A stretch of DNA of 64,000 bases from a bacterium (lineage in GTDB: Archaea > Thermoplasmatota > E2 > JACPAO01 > JAHFTW01), in the NCBI GenBank assembly GCA_040390065.1, contig JAZJZE010000009.1, positions 160,001 to 224,000 on the forward strand. The letters run 5' to 3'. This document shows, piece after piece, positions 1 to 9,669 of this stretch (positions are counted from its first letter, which is position 1; the number at the start of each line of letters is the position of its first letter). Made by a program: the position numbers and the translations under genes. The notes under the pieces are model-generated. The model was not told the DNA's origin, did no database searches, and saw only the letters and a program-made list of their open reading frames with translations.

Positions 1-62
1 CACCAGGGGTCGCGGTGGAACGGGAACGGGTCGGCGGGCGCCACATCGAGGTCGGGGTCCAA
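1..62 (-). CDS. Partial CDS running off the window start (unknown product)
   Basis: TTG at 62 preceded by GAGG; open GC3-rich frame LDPDLDVAPADPFPFHRDPW to the edge; divergent from the HxlR gene. Confidence 0.35.
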   Translation of the reverse strand, partial: MDPDLDVAPADPFPFHRDPW

Positions 63-135
63 GGGAGTCCTCAGTTTCGTTCTAAAAGCAGGTGCAAAGC
101 GTTGCATTGCTTTCAGGACGGAAGTTAGATGAGCG

Positions 136-720
136 TTGAAAGGTATAAGCAACCCGGTTATGGGCTCCACCCCAAGTATCCGGCGCGACACCAAGGCGGC
201 GCCGCCAACACCGCCAGTAAAGAAAGCGGGCGGCCCCCACGTCCAGCGCACCGACGCCGAGCAGTCGGCCATGAACGAGGTGATGATCACGCGCCTCGAC
301 AACTTCCTCGACGAACTCGCCGAAGGCCACCGCAAGGCGATGGACCAGGTCGTGACTTGGCTGACCGGCTACGGCAACCTCGAAGCCGAGATCCAGAAAT
401 CCGTCGAAGCCCTCAATCCGCTCCTGCAGAAATGGAGCATCGAGATCTGCTTCCTCCTGCGCATGAAAGAGCCGCGGCGCTTCAACGAACTCAAGGAGAA
501 CCTGCCCGGCATCGGCAGCCGGACGCTCAGCCAGCGCCTCAAGGAACTGGAGGGGCAAGGCATCGTCAGCCGCAAGGCCTTCGCCGAAGTCCCGGTCCGC
601 GTCGAGTATAGCCTCACGCCGAAGGGAAAACGCATGGGCGACCTCTTCCTGCCCATCATCGCACACTTGCGCATCACGGGTTGGCGCGAGGAGATTGCGC
701 GCCGCGGTGTCAAAGCATAG
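136..720 (+). CDS. HxlR-family winged-helix transcriptional regulator
   Basis: KWSIEI...RFNELKENLPGIGSRTLSQRLKELEGQGIVSRKAFAEVPVRVEYSLTPKG signature; N-terminal extension, start uncertain. Confidence 0.9.
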   Translation: MKGISNPVMGSTPSIRRDTKAAPPTPPVKKAGGPHVQRTDAEQSAMNEVMITRLDNFLDELAEGHRKAMDQVVTWLTGYGNLEAEIQKSVEALNPLLQKWSIEICFLLRMKEPRRFNELKENLPGIGSRTLSQRLKELEGQGIVSRKAFAEVPVRVEYSLTPKGKRMGDLFLPIIAHLRITGWREEIARRGVKA

Positions 721-742
721 TCAGGCATCGGTGCCGCTCCCT

Positions 743-818
743 TTGTCAACAGATGGAACCGATGACCACCGTATCTGTTGGATCTGTTTCATCTGTTGAC
801 AAGTCGGCGGCGGCGGAG
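743..818. repeat. Hairpin cassette (13-bp inverted repeat, 9-bp periodic arms); truncated relative of the modular repeat family
   Basis: TTGTCAACAGATG (743-755) pairs with CATCTGTTGACAA (790-802); reverse strand resembles 58086-58142. Confidence 0.7.
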
Positions 819-819
819 G

Positions 820-1296
820 CTACGACGAACCCCAACCCGGCTTGCTCGCCGCCTGCTTGATCCACGACGTGATCTTGGCCTCGTCGAATGCGTCGCCCTC
901 GCGGAGGTCCAACGCCCGGGTCTTGCCACTCTCGCCGACGGGGGGCACCGGCTTGAGGGAGGTGCCGTTGAAGAACAGGACCTTGAAGTGCTTGGAGAAG
1001 CCGCCCGTCGAGAGGAACCAGCCCTTGCCTTCGACGCCGTAGAAGGGCGTGTGCCACTTGATGGCGCGGCGGGCGTGGGGGACTTCCTCCGTGACGATGG
1101 CGTCGACTTGCAGGGCGATGGCGCGCTGCCACGCGGGCAAGACCGCGATGTAGGCGCGTACCGGACCCTCACCCTCGGCCTTCGCCGCCACCGGCCTGTC
1201 CGCCCGGGCCGACTTGCCCTTCGGGGCCGCGGTGCGCTTCGCCTGCTTGGCGGAGGCCTTCGGCTTGCGAGCCTTTGCCGTCTTCTTGGCTGCCAT
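820..1296 (-). CDS. DUF1801 (YdhG-like) protein with Lys/Ala-rich N-terminus
   Basis: VRAYIAVLPAWQR...AIKWHTPFYG...WIKQA pattern; ATG at 1296. Confidence 0.85.
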   Translation of the reverse strand: MAAKKTAKARKPKASAKQAKRTAAPKGKSARADRPVAAKAEGEGPVRAYIAVLPAWQRAIALQVDAIVTEEVPHARRAIKWHTPFYGVEGKGWFLSTGGFSKHFKVLFFNGTSLKPVPPVGESGKTRALDLREGDAFDEAKITSWIKQAASKPGWGSS

Positions 1297-1395
1297 GGTG
1301 GGGGCCAAGCGGGGCCCAGGTGTAAAGACGACGGCGCCCGCGGCGCTCCCACCCCAACCCCCAAGTAGCAGGCGGTCGTCGAAGCGCCTGGCCCC

Positions 1396-2421
1396 ATGGA
1401 ACTCTTCGGTTACGACCTGAACTTCGAGGAATTGCTGCCGCGCATCAAGGCGGAGCATCCGGGCCTCGCCACCATCGGCTTGCAGTTCCCCGACGGTCTT
1501 CGCGACTACGCCACCAAGATTGGGGAGATCGTGCAACGCGAAACGGGCGCGCTTGCCGTCCTCTCGGCCGACCCTTGCTACGGTGCCTGCGACTTGTGCG
1601 ACGACGAGATGGCGAAGATCGGCGTCAAGGTCATGATCCACTTCGGCCACAGCCCGATGCCGTCCGTCAAGACCGATTTCGGGGTCCAGGTCTACTACGT
1701 CCCCGCGCACAGCGTGCACCCCATCGAGGAGGTCGTGCGCGCCGCGTGCAAGCAGATGAAAGGCCCGCGCATTGGTGTGACGACGACGGCGCAGCACGTC
1801 CACAAGCTGGACGTGGCCGAGACGATTCTTCGCGAGCACGGCTTCGAGCCCGTGACGATGCTGGGCGACAAGCGCACGGCCCTGCGCGGGCAGCTCCTCG
1901 GCTGCAACGTCCTCGCCGCCGTCAAGTGCGACGTCGACGAGTTCATCTTCATCGGCAGCGGCGACTTCCACCCGCTCGCCCTCGCCCTCGAGACGGAGAA
2001 GCGCATCACCGCCGCGGACCCGTACACGAACACCGTACGCACCCTGACCGAGGCGAAGGGCCGCATCTTGAAGCAGCGCTGGGCCGCCATCGGGAAGGCC
2101 AAGGACGCCAAGACCTTCGGCATCGTCGTCTCCACCAAGGCCGGGCAGATGCGCTTCAACCTCGCCAAGAAGGTCCTCGCCCAGATCGAGGCGGCAGGCA
2201 AGCAGGGTTTCGTCATCCAGAACAAGCAGATCTCGCCGGAGACGCTGCTGTACTTCCGCCACCTCGACGCCTTCGTGGGTGTGGCATGCCCGCGGGTGCC
2301 GATCGACGACCAGGGCCGCTACAAGCAGCCGTTCCTGACACCGCAGGAATTGGAGATCGTCCTCGGCTTGCGCCCCATGGAGCACTACGTCTTCGACGAA
2401 TTCAGCGCCGACGCCAACTAG
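1396..2421 (+). CDS. dph2: Diphthamide biosynthesis enzyme Dph2
   Basis: LQFPDGL, CYGACD, HFGHS, GQLLGC and ACPRVPIDD motifs (Fe-S cysteines). Confidence 0.95.
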   Translation: MELFGYDLNFEELLPRIKAEHPGLATIGLQFPDGLRDYATKIGEIVQRETGALAVLSADPCYGACDLCDDEMAKIGVKVMIHFGHSPMPSVKTDFGVQVYYVPAHSVHPIEEVVRAACKQMKGPRIGVTTTAQHVHKLDVAETILREHGFEPVTMLGDKRTALRGQLLGCNVLAAVKCDVDEFIFIGSGDFHPLALALETEKRITAADPYTNTVRTLTEAKGRILKQRWAAIGKAKDAKTFGIVVSTKAGQMRFNLAKKVLAQIEAAGKQGFVIQNKQISPETLLYFRHLDAFVGVACPRVPIDDQGRYKQPFLTPQELEIVLGLRPMEHYVFDEFSADAN

Positions 2422-2453
2422 AACGAAAAGAAGGAAAGAGGGGAAAAGGAGGA
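2422..2453 (-). terminator. Pyrimidine-rich archaeal terminator for the 3546-2464 gene
   Basis: Minus strand reads TCCTCCTTTTCCCCTCTTTCCTTCTTTTCGTT just after the stop, between convergent genes. Confidence 0.55.
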
Positions 2454-2463
2454 CTTGTCCGAC

Positions 2464-3546
2464 CTAGACCGGGCACGATCCGCCCGTGGCGTACGCCGTC
2501 GTGGCCGTGCAAGTGGCTGTGACGGCGGTCGTGGCGATGCCGACCGTGGTGGTGGCGTAACCAGTCATCGTGCCAGCGTAGGCCGTCGCCTGGGCCAATT
2601 CGTACGCGGCGTAGGCTTCGGCGAACGCGACGGCGCCCGTCGCGGTGGTGCCCACGTTGGACGTGAACGTCTTCGTCGCGCTGGCCGCCGCGACGAGGCC
2701 GCCTTGCGCGAGGTCGCACGAGCCGCCCGCGTAGCGCTCCGCATCGCCCACGATGCCGCCATCGGTGCGGCTGATGGGAACGGGGCAGTGGCCCGGCGCG
2801 GGGCCCGCCGCAATGAAGTCGCATTGGCTGGGGCCGAGGAGGAAGTTGCACAGCAGACCGGCTTGGCCAACGCCTTGGCCTAGTGCAATCGTCTCCAGAC
2901 TGTTGACGTAGGCCTGGATCCACGGCGGCGTGATGAAGGAGCAGCCACCCGTGCAGGGGATCTGCGACGTCACGAACGTGACGGTCGTGGCGACGGCCTG
3001 GCCGGCGACGCCGGCCACGGCGCCTGCCGCCTGGCACATGATGGTGGCGACTTGTTCGGCGTACGCGATGGTCGCGCCGATCGTCCCGCCTACGGGTGAC
3101 GGCGGGTACGAGCACTGGGGCGGCAGCGGGCACGCGATGGTGGCGCCGTTTGCGCTCAGGCAGCCCGTCGCAGGGTCGACACCGATGCACTGGGTCGTCG
3201 GCGGGGCCGAGCCGACGCCGACCGTGACGCAGACGTCCGTCGGCTGGGACGGGTCGATGTTGAGCAGCGGGAAGCAGGGGCAGTAGTACGGCGGCAGGGG
3301 AATGCCAGTCTCCGAGACCTGGCAATACTGGTTGACGCTGGCCTGCACGTTGGCGTGGTTGCCCAAGCTGTGGACCTCGACGCCGACCTGCAGCGGGAGG
3401 CAGCGGATCGTCGGGCAAATCTCCTGGGAACAGATGATGAGGCAGTCGATGCCGCAAACGGACGGGTCGGCAGCGGCGGGCGCCGGAATGGCAGCCACGG
3501 CGCCGAGGCAAAGGACGGCGGCAATGAGGGATGTCTTGGTTTTCAT
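2464..3546 (-). CDS. Secreted cysteine-rich hypothetical protein
   Basis: Signal peptide MKTKTSLIAAVLCLGAVAA; about 22 Cys in the mature part; Ala/Thr-rich C-terminus. Confidence 0.8.
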   Translation of the reverse strand: MKTKTSLIAAVLCLGAVAAIPAPAAADPSVCGIDCLIICSQEICPTIRCLPLQVGVEVHSLGNHANVQASVNQYCQVSETGIPLPPYYCPCFPLLNIDPSQPTDVCVTVGVGSAPPTTQCIGVDPATGCLSANGATIACPLPPQCSYPPSPVGGTIGATIAYAEQVATIMCQAAGAVAGVAGQAVATTVTFVTSQIPCTGGCSFITPPWIQAYVNSLETIALGQGVGQAGLLCNFLLGPSQCDFIAAGPAPGHCPVPISRTDGGIVGDAERYAGGSCDLAQGGLVAAASATKTFTSNVGTTATGAVAFAEAYAAYELAQATAYAGTMTGYATTTVGIATTAVTATCTATTAYATGGSCPV

Positions 3547-3640
3547 GCGGTTGTCTCCGTCCGCCAAGATCGGGCGGACCAATCCGCGATGGTGCACTCC
3601 ACTAATACATTTGCCCGGAGTGGATACAATGGGCCGGAAT

Positions 3641-4225
3641 TCAGGCCGACCGGCGTCGGGCCAGAGCCGCGAGACCAACGATGCCCGCCGCCAACAGGGG
3701 GCCGACGGTGGGACTCGCCTTCTCGGTATCGGCCAGTGCGACGACCTCCTTGTCGGGCGCCTTCACGAGGAAATGCGTGCTTACGACGGCGTCGCCGGGT
3801 GACCGGTTGAGGTTGTCCTGGGCGTTCGCGCGCACCTGGAAGACCAGCACCTCGTCCGCTTGCGTGAAGTTCTCCCCGAGGTCGGAGCGCGCCGTGGCAT
3901 CCATCTTGCCCTCCACGGTCTGGCTGGGATTCTGCGTGCACACCATCTGGGGCAAGGCGACGGCCGTGGGGCCGGTGACGGTGAGCACGCCGCTCGTCGC
4001 CACGACGTGGATCTCGACGGTGCCGGCGGGGAGGACCTGGCCGGGCGACGTGCAGCCGCGAGTGGCCGTGATGGTCAGGCCGGAGTGCTCTCCGGGGGCT
4101 AGGGTGGTGGCCCCGTTCACCTTGACGTCGGCGGTGAACACGGAGGACGGCTGCGCCTGTGCGGCGACTTGGCCGACAAGGACGGTCGCGATGCAGGCCA
4201 GTGCAAAGGCGTGGTGGGCTCGCAT
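3641..4225 (-). CDS. Secreted surface protein with C-terminal sorting-like signal
   Basis: N-terminal signal peptide; C-terminus KASPTVG + hydrophobic helix + RRRSA. Confidence 0.75.
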   Translation of the reverse strand: MRAHHAFALACIATVLVGQVAAQAQPSSVFTADVKVNGATTLAPGEHSGLTITATRGCTSPGQVLPAGTVEIHVVATSGVLTVTGPTAVALPQMVCTQNPSQTVEGKMDATARSDLGENFTQADEVLVFQVRANAQDNLNRSPGDAVVSTHFLVKAPDKEVVALADTEKASPTVGPLLAAGIVGLAALARRRSA

Positions 4226-4303
4226 GGGGGCGACACCGCCTCCTACGCAATATGAAGCGTCTGGGGAAGGCGCTGGAATGTAGGCGCGACGATGAAACGT
4301 CCG

Positions 4304-4939
4304 CTACGAGAATGCGTCCGTGGCCATGTCGAGGTGCGCCGTGTCGTTCAGCCGCTCCACCCGCACATCGCCATTGACGGCCAGTTCCGTGATGCTCGCA
4401 TTGGCCTGCGGGAAGTCCTCGAGGCGCGTCAGGCCCGCCCCCGTCAGCGTCGCGATGAGAACGCGGTTGATGCGGCCATGGGCGACGACGGCGACCGTCG
4501 CGGCGCGCGCCTGGTCACGCAGCCGCTGCGCAAAGGGGCGGATGCGGTGTTGGGCGAGGATGGCCGACTCGCCGCCGGGAAAACTCTGGTCCGTGAAGCC
4601 CATCTTCCATGCGTCGAGGACCTGCTCCATCTCGCCCTCCACGTCGTCGTAGCGCCGGCCGGCGAAGTCGCCGTAGTCCATCTCGTACAATTCCGGCACG
4701 ACTTGCACTGGCAGTCCTGTGACCGTGTGGCCGCGCACGACCGCCGTTGCCGTCTGCCGCGCCCGCGCCATGGGGCTGGAGTAGACGACCCCGAGCGGCT
4801 CGTTGGCGAGGGCAGCGGCCAGCGACTCGGCCTGCCGCAGACCCAGTGCGGACAATTCGGCGTCGATGCGGGGGCCCTGGATGATGCGGTCGCGGTTGGC
4901 AACCGTCTCGCCGTGCCGCACAAGGAGGATGCGTCCCAT
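4304..4939 (-). CDS. Histidine phosphatase (phosphoglycerate mutase-like) family protein
   Basis: LVRHGET, SSPMARARQTA, PGGES and VAHG motifs. Confidence 0.92.
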   Translation of the reverse strand: MGRILLVRHGETVANRDRIIQGPRIDAELSALGLRQAESLAAALANEPLGVVYSSPMARARQTATAVVRGHTVTGLPVQVVPELYEMDYGDFAGRRYDDVEGEMEQVLDAWKMGFTDQSFPGGESAILAQHRIRPFAQRLRDQARAATVAVVAHGRINRVLIATLTGAGLTRLEDFPQANASITELAVNGDVRVERLNDTAHLDMATDAFS

Positions 4940-4996
4940 CGCCGGTCCCCGCTTGGCCCTGTGCAATCATAAGGCATCTGGTGCTGGCCGCAATCC

Positions 4997-5626
4997 GTGC
5001 AGCGCCGCGAACTGGAGGCAAAGCTCGCTGCCGTGCCTCGCCACGCGGCGCCACGCCCCGAACTCGAGCAGTACCGCACGCCGGACGCCGTGGCCGCGGA
5101 ACTGCTGTTGGCGGCCAGCGCGGACGGCGCCATCCGCGGCAGGAACGTCCTCGACCTCGGCTGCGGGACAGGCGTCCTTGCCATCGGCGCAGCACTCCTT
5201 GGCGCGACACTCGCGACGGGCGTCGACGTCGACCCGGACGCCATCGCCTTGGCCCAAGGGGCTGCCGCCGATGCCGGTGTCGTGCAGCGGACCTGGTTCA
5301 TCGTCGCCGACATCGCCGCATGGCATGCGGATCCCACGGGGTTCGACACGGTCGTCATGAATCCGCCCTTCGGCGCGCAGAAGGCCAACCGGCACGCCGA
5401 CCGGCTCTTCCTCGAACGCGCCTCGCAAGCCGTCAAGCCGCGTGACGGAACCGTGTGGTTCCTGGCGCAGGAGCGCACGGAACGGTTCCTGGGCAAGTAC
5501 GCAGCCGAACTCGGCGGCCGACTGGAACGCATCGCCGTCTGGGACTATCCACTCGAGGACACGATGGCGCACCACGCCGAAGCGGCGCGCCTCGTCCGGG
5601 TGGGCGGCTACCGGCTCGCTTTCTGA
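4997..5626 (+). CDS. METTL5-family SAM-dependent methyltransferase
   Basis: LEQYRTP, DLGCGTG and MNPPFG motifs. Confidence 0.9.
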   Translation: MQRRELEAKLAAVPRHAAPRPELEQYRTPDAVAAELLLAASADGAIRGRNVLDLGCGTGVLAIGAALLGATLATGVDVDPDAIALAQGAAADAGVVQRTWFIVADIAAWHADPTGFDTVVMNPPFGAQKANRHADRLFLERASQAVKPRDGTVWFLAQERTERFLGKYAAELGGRLERIAVWDYPLEDTMAHHAEAARLVRVGGYRLAF

Positions 5627-7920
5627 GCCGTCCACGAGGACACAAGCGACGCCAACGCGTCGCGTTCCGTGGCCGCCAAGCCCTTCTCGCGCCCGACGGC
5701 GTCGACCAAGGCGCGGCTTTCGGCCGGGTCGATGCTGCCGTCCAGCAAGGCGAGGTCGAGAGCATGGTTGAAGGTCTCGCTCGTCCGACCGAGGAAGGAG
5801 CCAAGGACGCGTTGCCGCAGCAGTTGCAGGACCTGGTTGGCCCGGCTCTCCACGACGGTGAACTGGGCGTTGTCCAGTTTGCCGCGGGCCAGGTCCGCTC
5901 GACAGTCCTCCCGGAAATCATGCAGGGCACGCGTCGCCTCGAAGGGCTTGGCGCGGCCTGATTCGTGGATGGCGTCGAGGCGGGCGAGGTACTTGGCGAG
6001 GCGCCGGCGGCCGCGGGTGGCGCCCATGGCGGCAAAGATGGCACCGAAGAGGGTCAGGAAGAGGCCGACCCCGAAGAACGTGTAGTTCTGGTTCTCTGGG
6101 AGGAACGCGCGCTGGAAGAAGTTCAGGTTCGGCTCGTCCCTTCCGGGATGGATGGTAAGGGCGGCAGTCGCGGTCGTGCCGTTGGCGTAGACGAATGTCG
6201 CGCGGATCGAGACGTCGCCGGCCGCGCGGTAAAGGTTCTGCGGCGTCTCGTTTGCAGCGAAGACCCCATAGTCCCCGTCGCCCCAACCAACGTAGAGCGT
6301 GCGCGGCGCTTCCGGCCATGGCGGCGGCGTCGCATACAGGGCGACCTGCTCGTCCAGACGAGGGTACGCATTGTCGACGGAAAGGACGGGTCGCTGCGGC
6401 GGCGGGCGGGGGCCGAGGAGGGCGACATTGCCGAGGTTGTCGCAGGTCAGAAGCCGACCGTCGCCAAGGTCGATGATGTTTGGCACGGTGGCCGGGAAGT
6501 CGGTGATGCCGCCGACGCCGGCGCCCCCATGGACGACGGCGCGGTCGAGGGGGATTGGCAGGCGCGACATCATGTCCGCGGATGGCAACGCGAACATGTC
6601 CAGGAGGTCCTGTGTGCCGTTGGCAGTCGGGACGCTGACTGTCGCGAGGCCGAAGCGGTCGCGGTCCACGATGACCTGGCCGATCAGGCCCTGCTGGTCG
6701 CCGGACCAGAAGGGTCGGGGGCCATGGATGATGGTGGTGACGACGTACGCAGTCGTCTGCGTCGGGACGACGAGGGTCTCGTGGCCCCAAGCGGGCCCGG
6801 CCGCGTCCCGGGCTGCGGCCCCGAGGGTGAAGCTCTGGTCGAAGGTCGGGTTCTGCACGCCGGGCGTCACGAAGACGAGCTGGTTCCCGACGAAGGCTGC
6901 TGCCTGGATGCCGTTGGACGCCGCGTAGGCTGACCCCCCATGCTGGCCGGTGTTCCCCTGTGCGCCCGTCGGGTCCGTCGCCAAGGAGTCGTCGGCGACG
7001 TAGCCCGTCTGCGTACCGCGGTCGAGGGAAAGCCAGGCCATCGCCGCGGAGGTGGAGGCCTCCGTGCTGATGGTGCTCGGAACATAGCCCTTGACCACGA
7101 CGGAGTCCCCGACGAGGGTTGGTGGGCCGAGGAGGGCAAAGCGTCCCTGCGCCGGCTGCGGTGCCGGAGCCACTCCGCCGGCATCGACGACGGGAGCCAT
7201 GACGGTCGCATTCCAGGCGGCCTTGCCGGTTGCTGGGTCGAGTCGCGCCACGACGTTGTTGCCTTGGTCGTTGGCGCACGCAGCGACCAAGCGTACCGCG
7301 TCGTCGGCCGCAACGAGGCAGCTGTAATCGTTCTCGTCCACGAATGCAGGACCGGAGGCCGCCACCGGTGGGTGCCATACCCATCTCGTGGTCCCAGTCA
7401 TGTCGATGGCGCGCACCGATACTTCCTGGTCGGCGCCAAGCACCATGGACGGGTCGATGCCAGGGCCGGCGGCGACTCCGGGCCGCCCATCCACGGCCAC
7501 GATTGCGAGGCCCGAAGGCAGGTAGGCCACGAGTCGACCCCCGCTGGGACATGGGATGTCGGCTCCGACCTGCATGGGTTTGAGGTCCGCGCCGAAGCGC
7601 ACGAGTTGGCAAGTGTCGGTGGCTTGGTTCAAGGGCGTCGTGGCGCCGGCGGCTGCGATGGACAGCACGAGAGTCTCGTCGCCGACCTGCAGCGGGCCGC
7701 AGCAGAAATTTGCCAGCATGCGGTCTTCCGCCAACACGTTGCCATGCACCAACACGTCCAACGGCTGGTCGCCCAATTCGACGTATCCGGAATGCGCCCC
7801 GCCTCCCCCGATTTGGCCCCAACCCTTCGGCCCGCCCGACGGACTCGAGGTGGCCGGCAGGATGACGAGAACCGCAAAGGCCAACGCGACAAGGGCACGA
7901 CGGCCGCGCGCAGGCGCCAT
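5608..7920 (-). CDS. Single-pass membrane protein: PQQ-like beta-propeller, PKD-like domain, TM helix, cytoplasmic helical domain
   Basis: Signal peptide; WGQIGG..HSG and LDPATGKAAW propeller motifs; WGDG PKD motif; TM FFGVGLFLTLFGAIF. Confidence 0.7.
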   Translation of the reverse strand: MAPARGRRALVALAFAVLVILPATSSPSGGPKGWGQIGGGGAHSGYVELGDQPLDVLVHGNVLAEDRMLANFCCGPLQVGDETLVLSIAAAGATTPLNQATDTCQLVRFGADLKPMQVGADIPCPSGGRLVAYLPSGLAIVAVDGRPGVAAGPGIDPSMVLGADQEVSVRAIDMTGTTRWVWHPPVAASGPAFVDENDYSCLVAADDAVRLVAACANDQGNNVVARLDPATGKAAWNATVMAPVVDAGGVAPAPQPAQGRFALLGPPTLVGDSVVVKGYVPSTISTEASTSAAMAWLSLDRGTQTGYVADDSLATDPTGAQGNTGQHGGSAYAASNGIQAAAFVGNQLVFVTPGVQNPTFDQSFTLGAAARDAAGPAWGHETLVVPTQTTAYVVTTIIHGPRPFWSGDQQGLIGQVIVDRDRFGLATVSVPTANGTQDLLDMFALPSADMMSRLPIPLDRAVVHGGAGVGGITDFPATVPNIIDLGDGRLLTCDNLGNVALLGPRPPPQRPVLSVDNAYPRLDEQVALYATPPPWPEAPRTLYVGWGDGDYGVFAANETPQNLYRAAGDVSIRATFVYANGTTATAALTIHPGRDEPNLNFFQRAFLPENQNYTFFGVGLFLTLFGAIFAAMGATRGRRRLAKYLARLDAIHESGRAKPFEATRALHDFREDCRADLARGKLDNAQFTVVESRANQVLQLLRQRVLGSFLGRTSETFNHALDLALLDGSIDPAESRALVDAVGREKGLAATERDALASLVSSWTAQKASR

Positions 7921-7922
7921 GA

Positions 7923-9617
7923 CTATCCCAGCGGGTGCGCCAAGATGACGCTCTCGGCGGTGGCGCGCTTGGCTGGGTCCCAGCCGACGGCGAACCAGGG
8001 TCGTTCGATGGCGGCCGTGTACACCTTGCACTCCTTGCCGTCACGGGTGTCCGGGAACACCGGGTGTGCCGCCGGCCACGAGGAGTCGATGTCCTGGTAG
8101 TCGCCGAAGAAGACCTTGCCGTCCTGGTGGTGGCACAGGTTGTGGTCCCAGCCTTCGTCGGCGGCGTCGCGCACGCGCAGGTTCGCTGACCAGGTCTTTC
8201 CACCGTCCAAGCTGTAGGAGTAGAAGCTGTCGACGCGGTCGTGGTCGCCGGCGGTGCCGTGCTCGCGCGTGTCGAACCACTGCACGTCGAGGACGCCGCC
8301 GGGGCTGACCGAGATGGCGGGCATGAAATGGTACGAGGCGTCGGCCGTGGCGCCGCCGGTCGGCACGTCGTCGTTGACGCGCACGGGCGGTTGCCAGGTC
8401 TTGCCGCCGTCGTGGCTCGCGACGACGTAGACGTTGAGGTTGCCCGTCTTGGCGCACGATACGTTCCAGATGGGGTCTTGGCAACCATCGTCGAAGACGA
8501 AATAGACGGAGTTGGCAAACGGCGAATCGGCGTTGCGGTCCGTCGCCATGGCGGGGAACCCGGCAGTTGCTTCGCGGTTGCTCAGGGCCTTCATGGCTTT
8601 GCCAGAGTGCGGGGCCAGCACGGTCGTCGTGGCGCCCCAGGTCTTGCCTTCGTCAAGGCTGGTTCGCAAGTGGATTCCCTGCCCGCCAGTCCATGCCGCG
8701 TAGACCTGGGAGCCGGGGCCGACGTCGACGAACGAGCCTTGGCCTGCGTCGTCGCCCGGCGCCACGGTGCTGGCCATGACGAATGGATCCGAGTACGTCT
8801 CGCCGTTGTCGGTGCTGCGGAAGTACAAGTTGCCCGGCACGGCAGATGCAAGCCACATGACGTGGATGGTGCCGTCGTTGGACGCCGCGAGCCAGCCCTT
8901 GTCATGGAAGGCCGCTGGATAACTCCCCTCGAAGACGCCAGTGAAGGTGTCGAAGGTGTCGCCGCCGTCGTGGGAGATGGCGACGATCTGGATGGCGCGG
9001 TTGAACGCCCAGTCGTTGACGGCGCCCTGCGGGCAGACGTTCTCGCAGGTCTTCGACGCCGTGACCGGGTCACCCTGGTAGGCCATCAGGAGATAGTAGA
9101 ACGACTTGCCATCCTGCGAATAATAGGCGACGGGGTCGGTCGTGCACCAGTACTGGCTGGCGTAGTTCGGCTTGAACGACGTCGGGTCCGTCGCAAGACG
9201 CCACGGGCTGCCGTCGAAACTGCGGTCCGTCACGGTGGCGCCGCCGTCATGCGAGACGTAGACGCCGTCCCACACGCATTGGCCCGCGTCGGTGGGGAAG
9301 TAGTCCTTGGCGCCGCCCACGAGGTTGCGCGGGTCCACGGGATTCACGGCGATCGTGACCTCGTTGCCTTGCCGCGTGGCCGTCGGCGTCAGGTTGGTAT
9401 TGCAGCCGAGTGCGGAGAGGTTGTTGGCTTGCTGCGCATGGCAGTGCAGGAACGGCACGGGCAGCCCGCCAGCGTCCAAAGCCGTGTAGTTGAAGCCGGA
9501 GCCGTAGGCGGAGTCGCGAACGAACGGCGCCGGCCCAGGTGGTGTCGGCGTCTGCGAACCGGAGCATCCGGCGAGGACGGCCGCGCAAACCAGCGTGGCC
9601 GCCAAGAGCGATTGCAT
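7923..9617 (-). CDS. BNR/Asp-box repeat (sialidase-like) lipoprotein
   Basis: Lipobox LAGC; repeated SxDGGxT(W/F) Asp-boxes; GDY near the C-terminus. Confidence 0.85.
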   Translation of the reverse strand: MQSLLAATLVCAAVLAGCSGSQTPTPPGPAPFVRDSAYGSGFNYTALDAGGLPVPFLHCHAQQANNLSALGCNTNLTPTATRQGNEVTIAVNPVDPRNLVGGAKDYFPTDAGQCVWDGVYVSHDGGATVTDRSFDGSPWRLATDPTSFKPNYASQYWCTTDPVAYYSQDGKSFYYLLMAYQGDPVTASKTCENVCPQGAVNDWAFNRAIQIVAISHDGGDTFDTFTGVFEGSYPAAFHDKGWLAASNDGTIHVMWLASAVPGNLYFRSTDNGETYSDPFVMASTVAPGDDAGQGSFVDVGPGSQVYAAWTGGQGIHLRTSLDEGKTWGATTTVLAPHSGKAMKALSNREATAGFPAMATDRNADSPFANSVYFVFDDGCQDPIWNVSCAKTGNLNVYVVASHDGGKTWQPPVRVNDDVPTGGATADASYHFMPAISVSPGGVLDVQWFDTREHGTAGDHDRVDSFYSYSLDGGKTWSANLRVRDAADEGWDHNLCHHQDGKVFFGDYQDIDSSWPAAHPVFPDTRDGKECKVYTAAIERPWFAVGWDPAKRATAESVILAHPLG

Positions 9618-9669
9618 GCGCACGCCGTTGCGACGGGAGAGCGCCAGTTAAAGGGTTGCGGCGGACGGT

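Noticed and set aside
820-1296. Histone H1-like Lys/Ala tail on DUF1801
   Set aside because: Low-complexity extensions like this are common and give no further evidence
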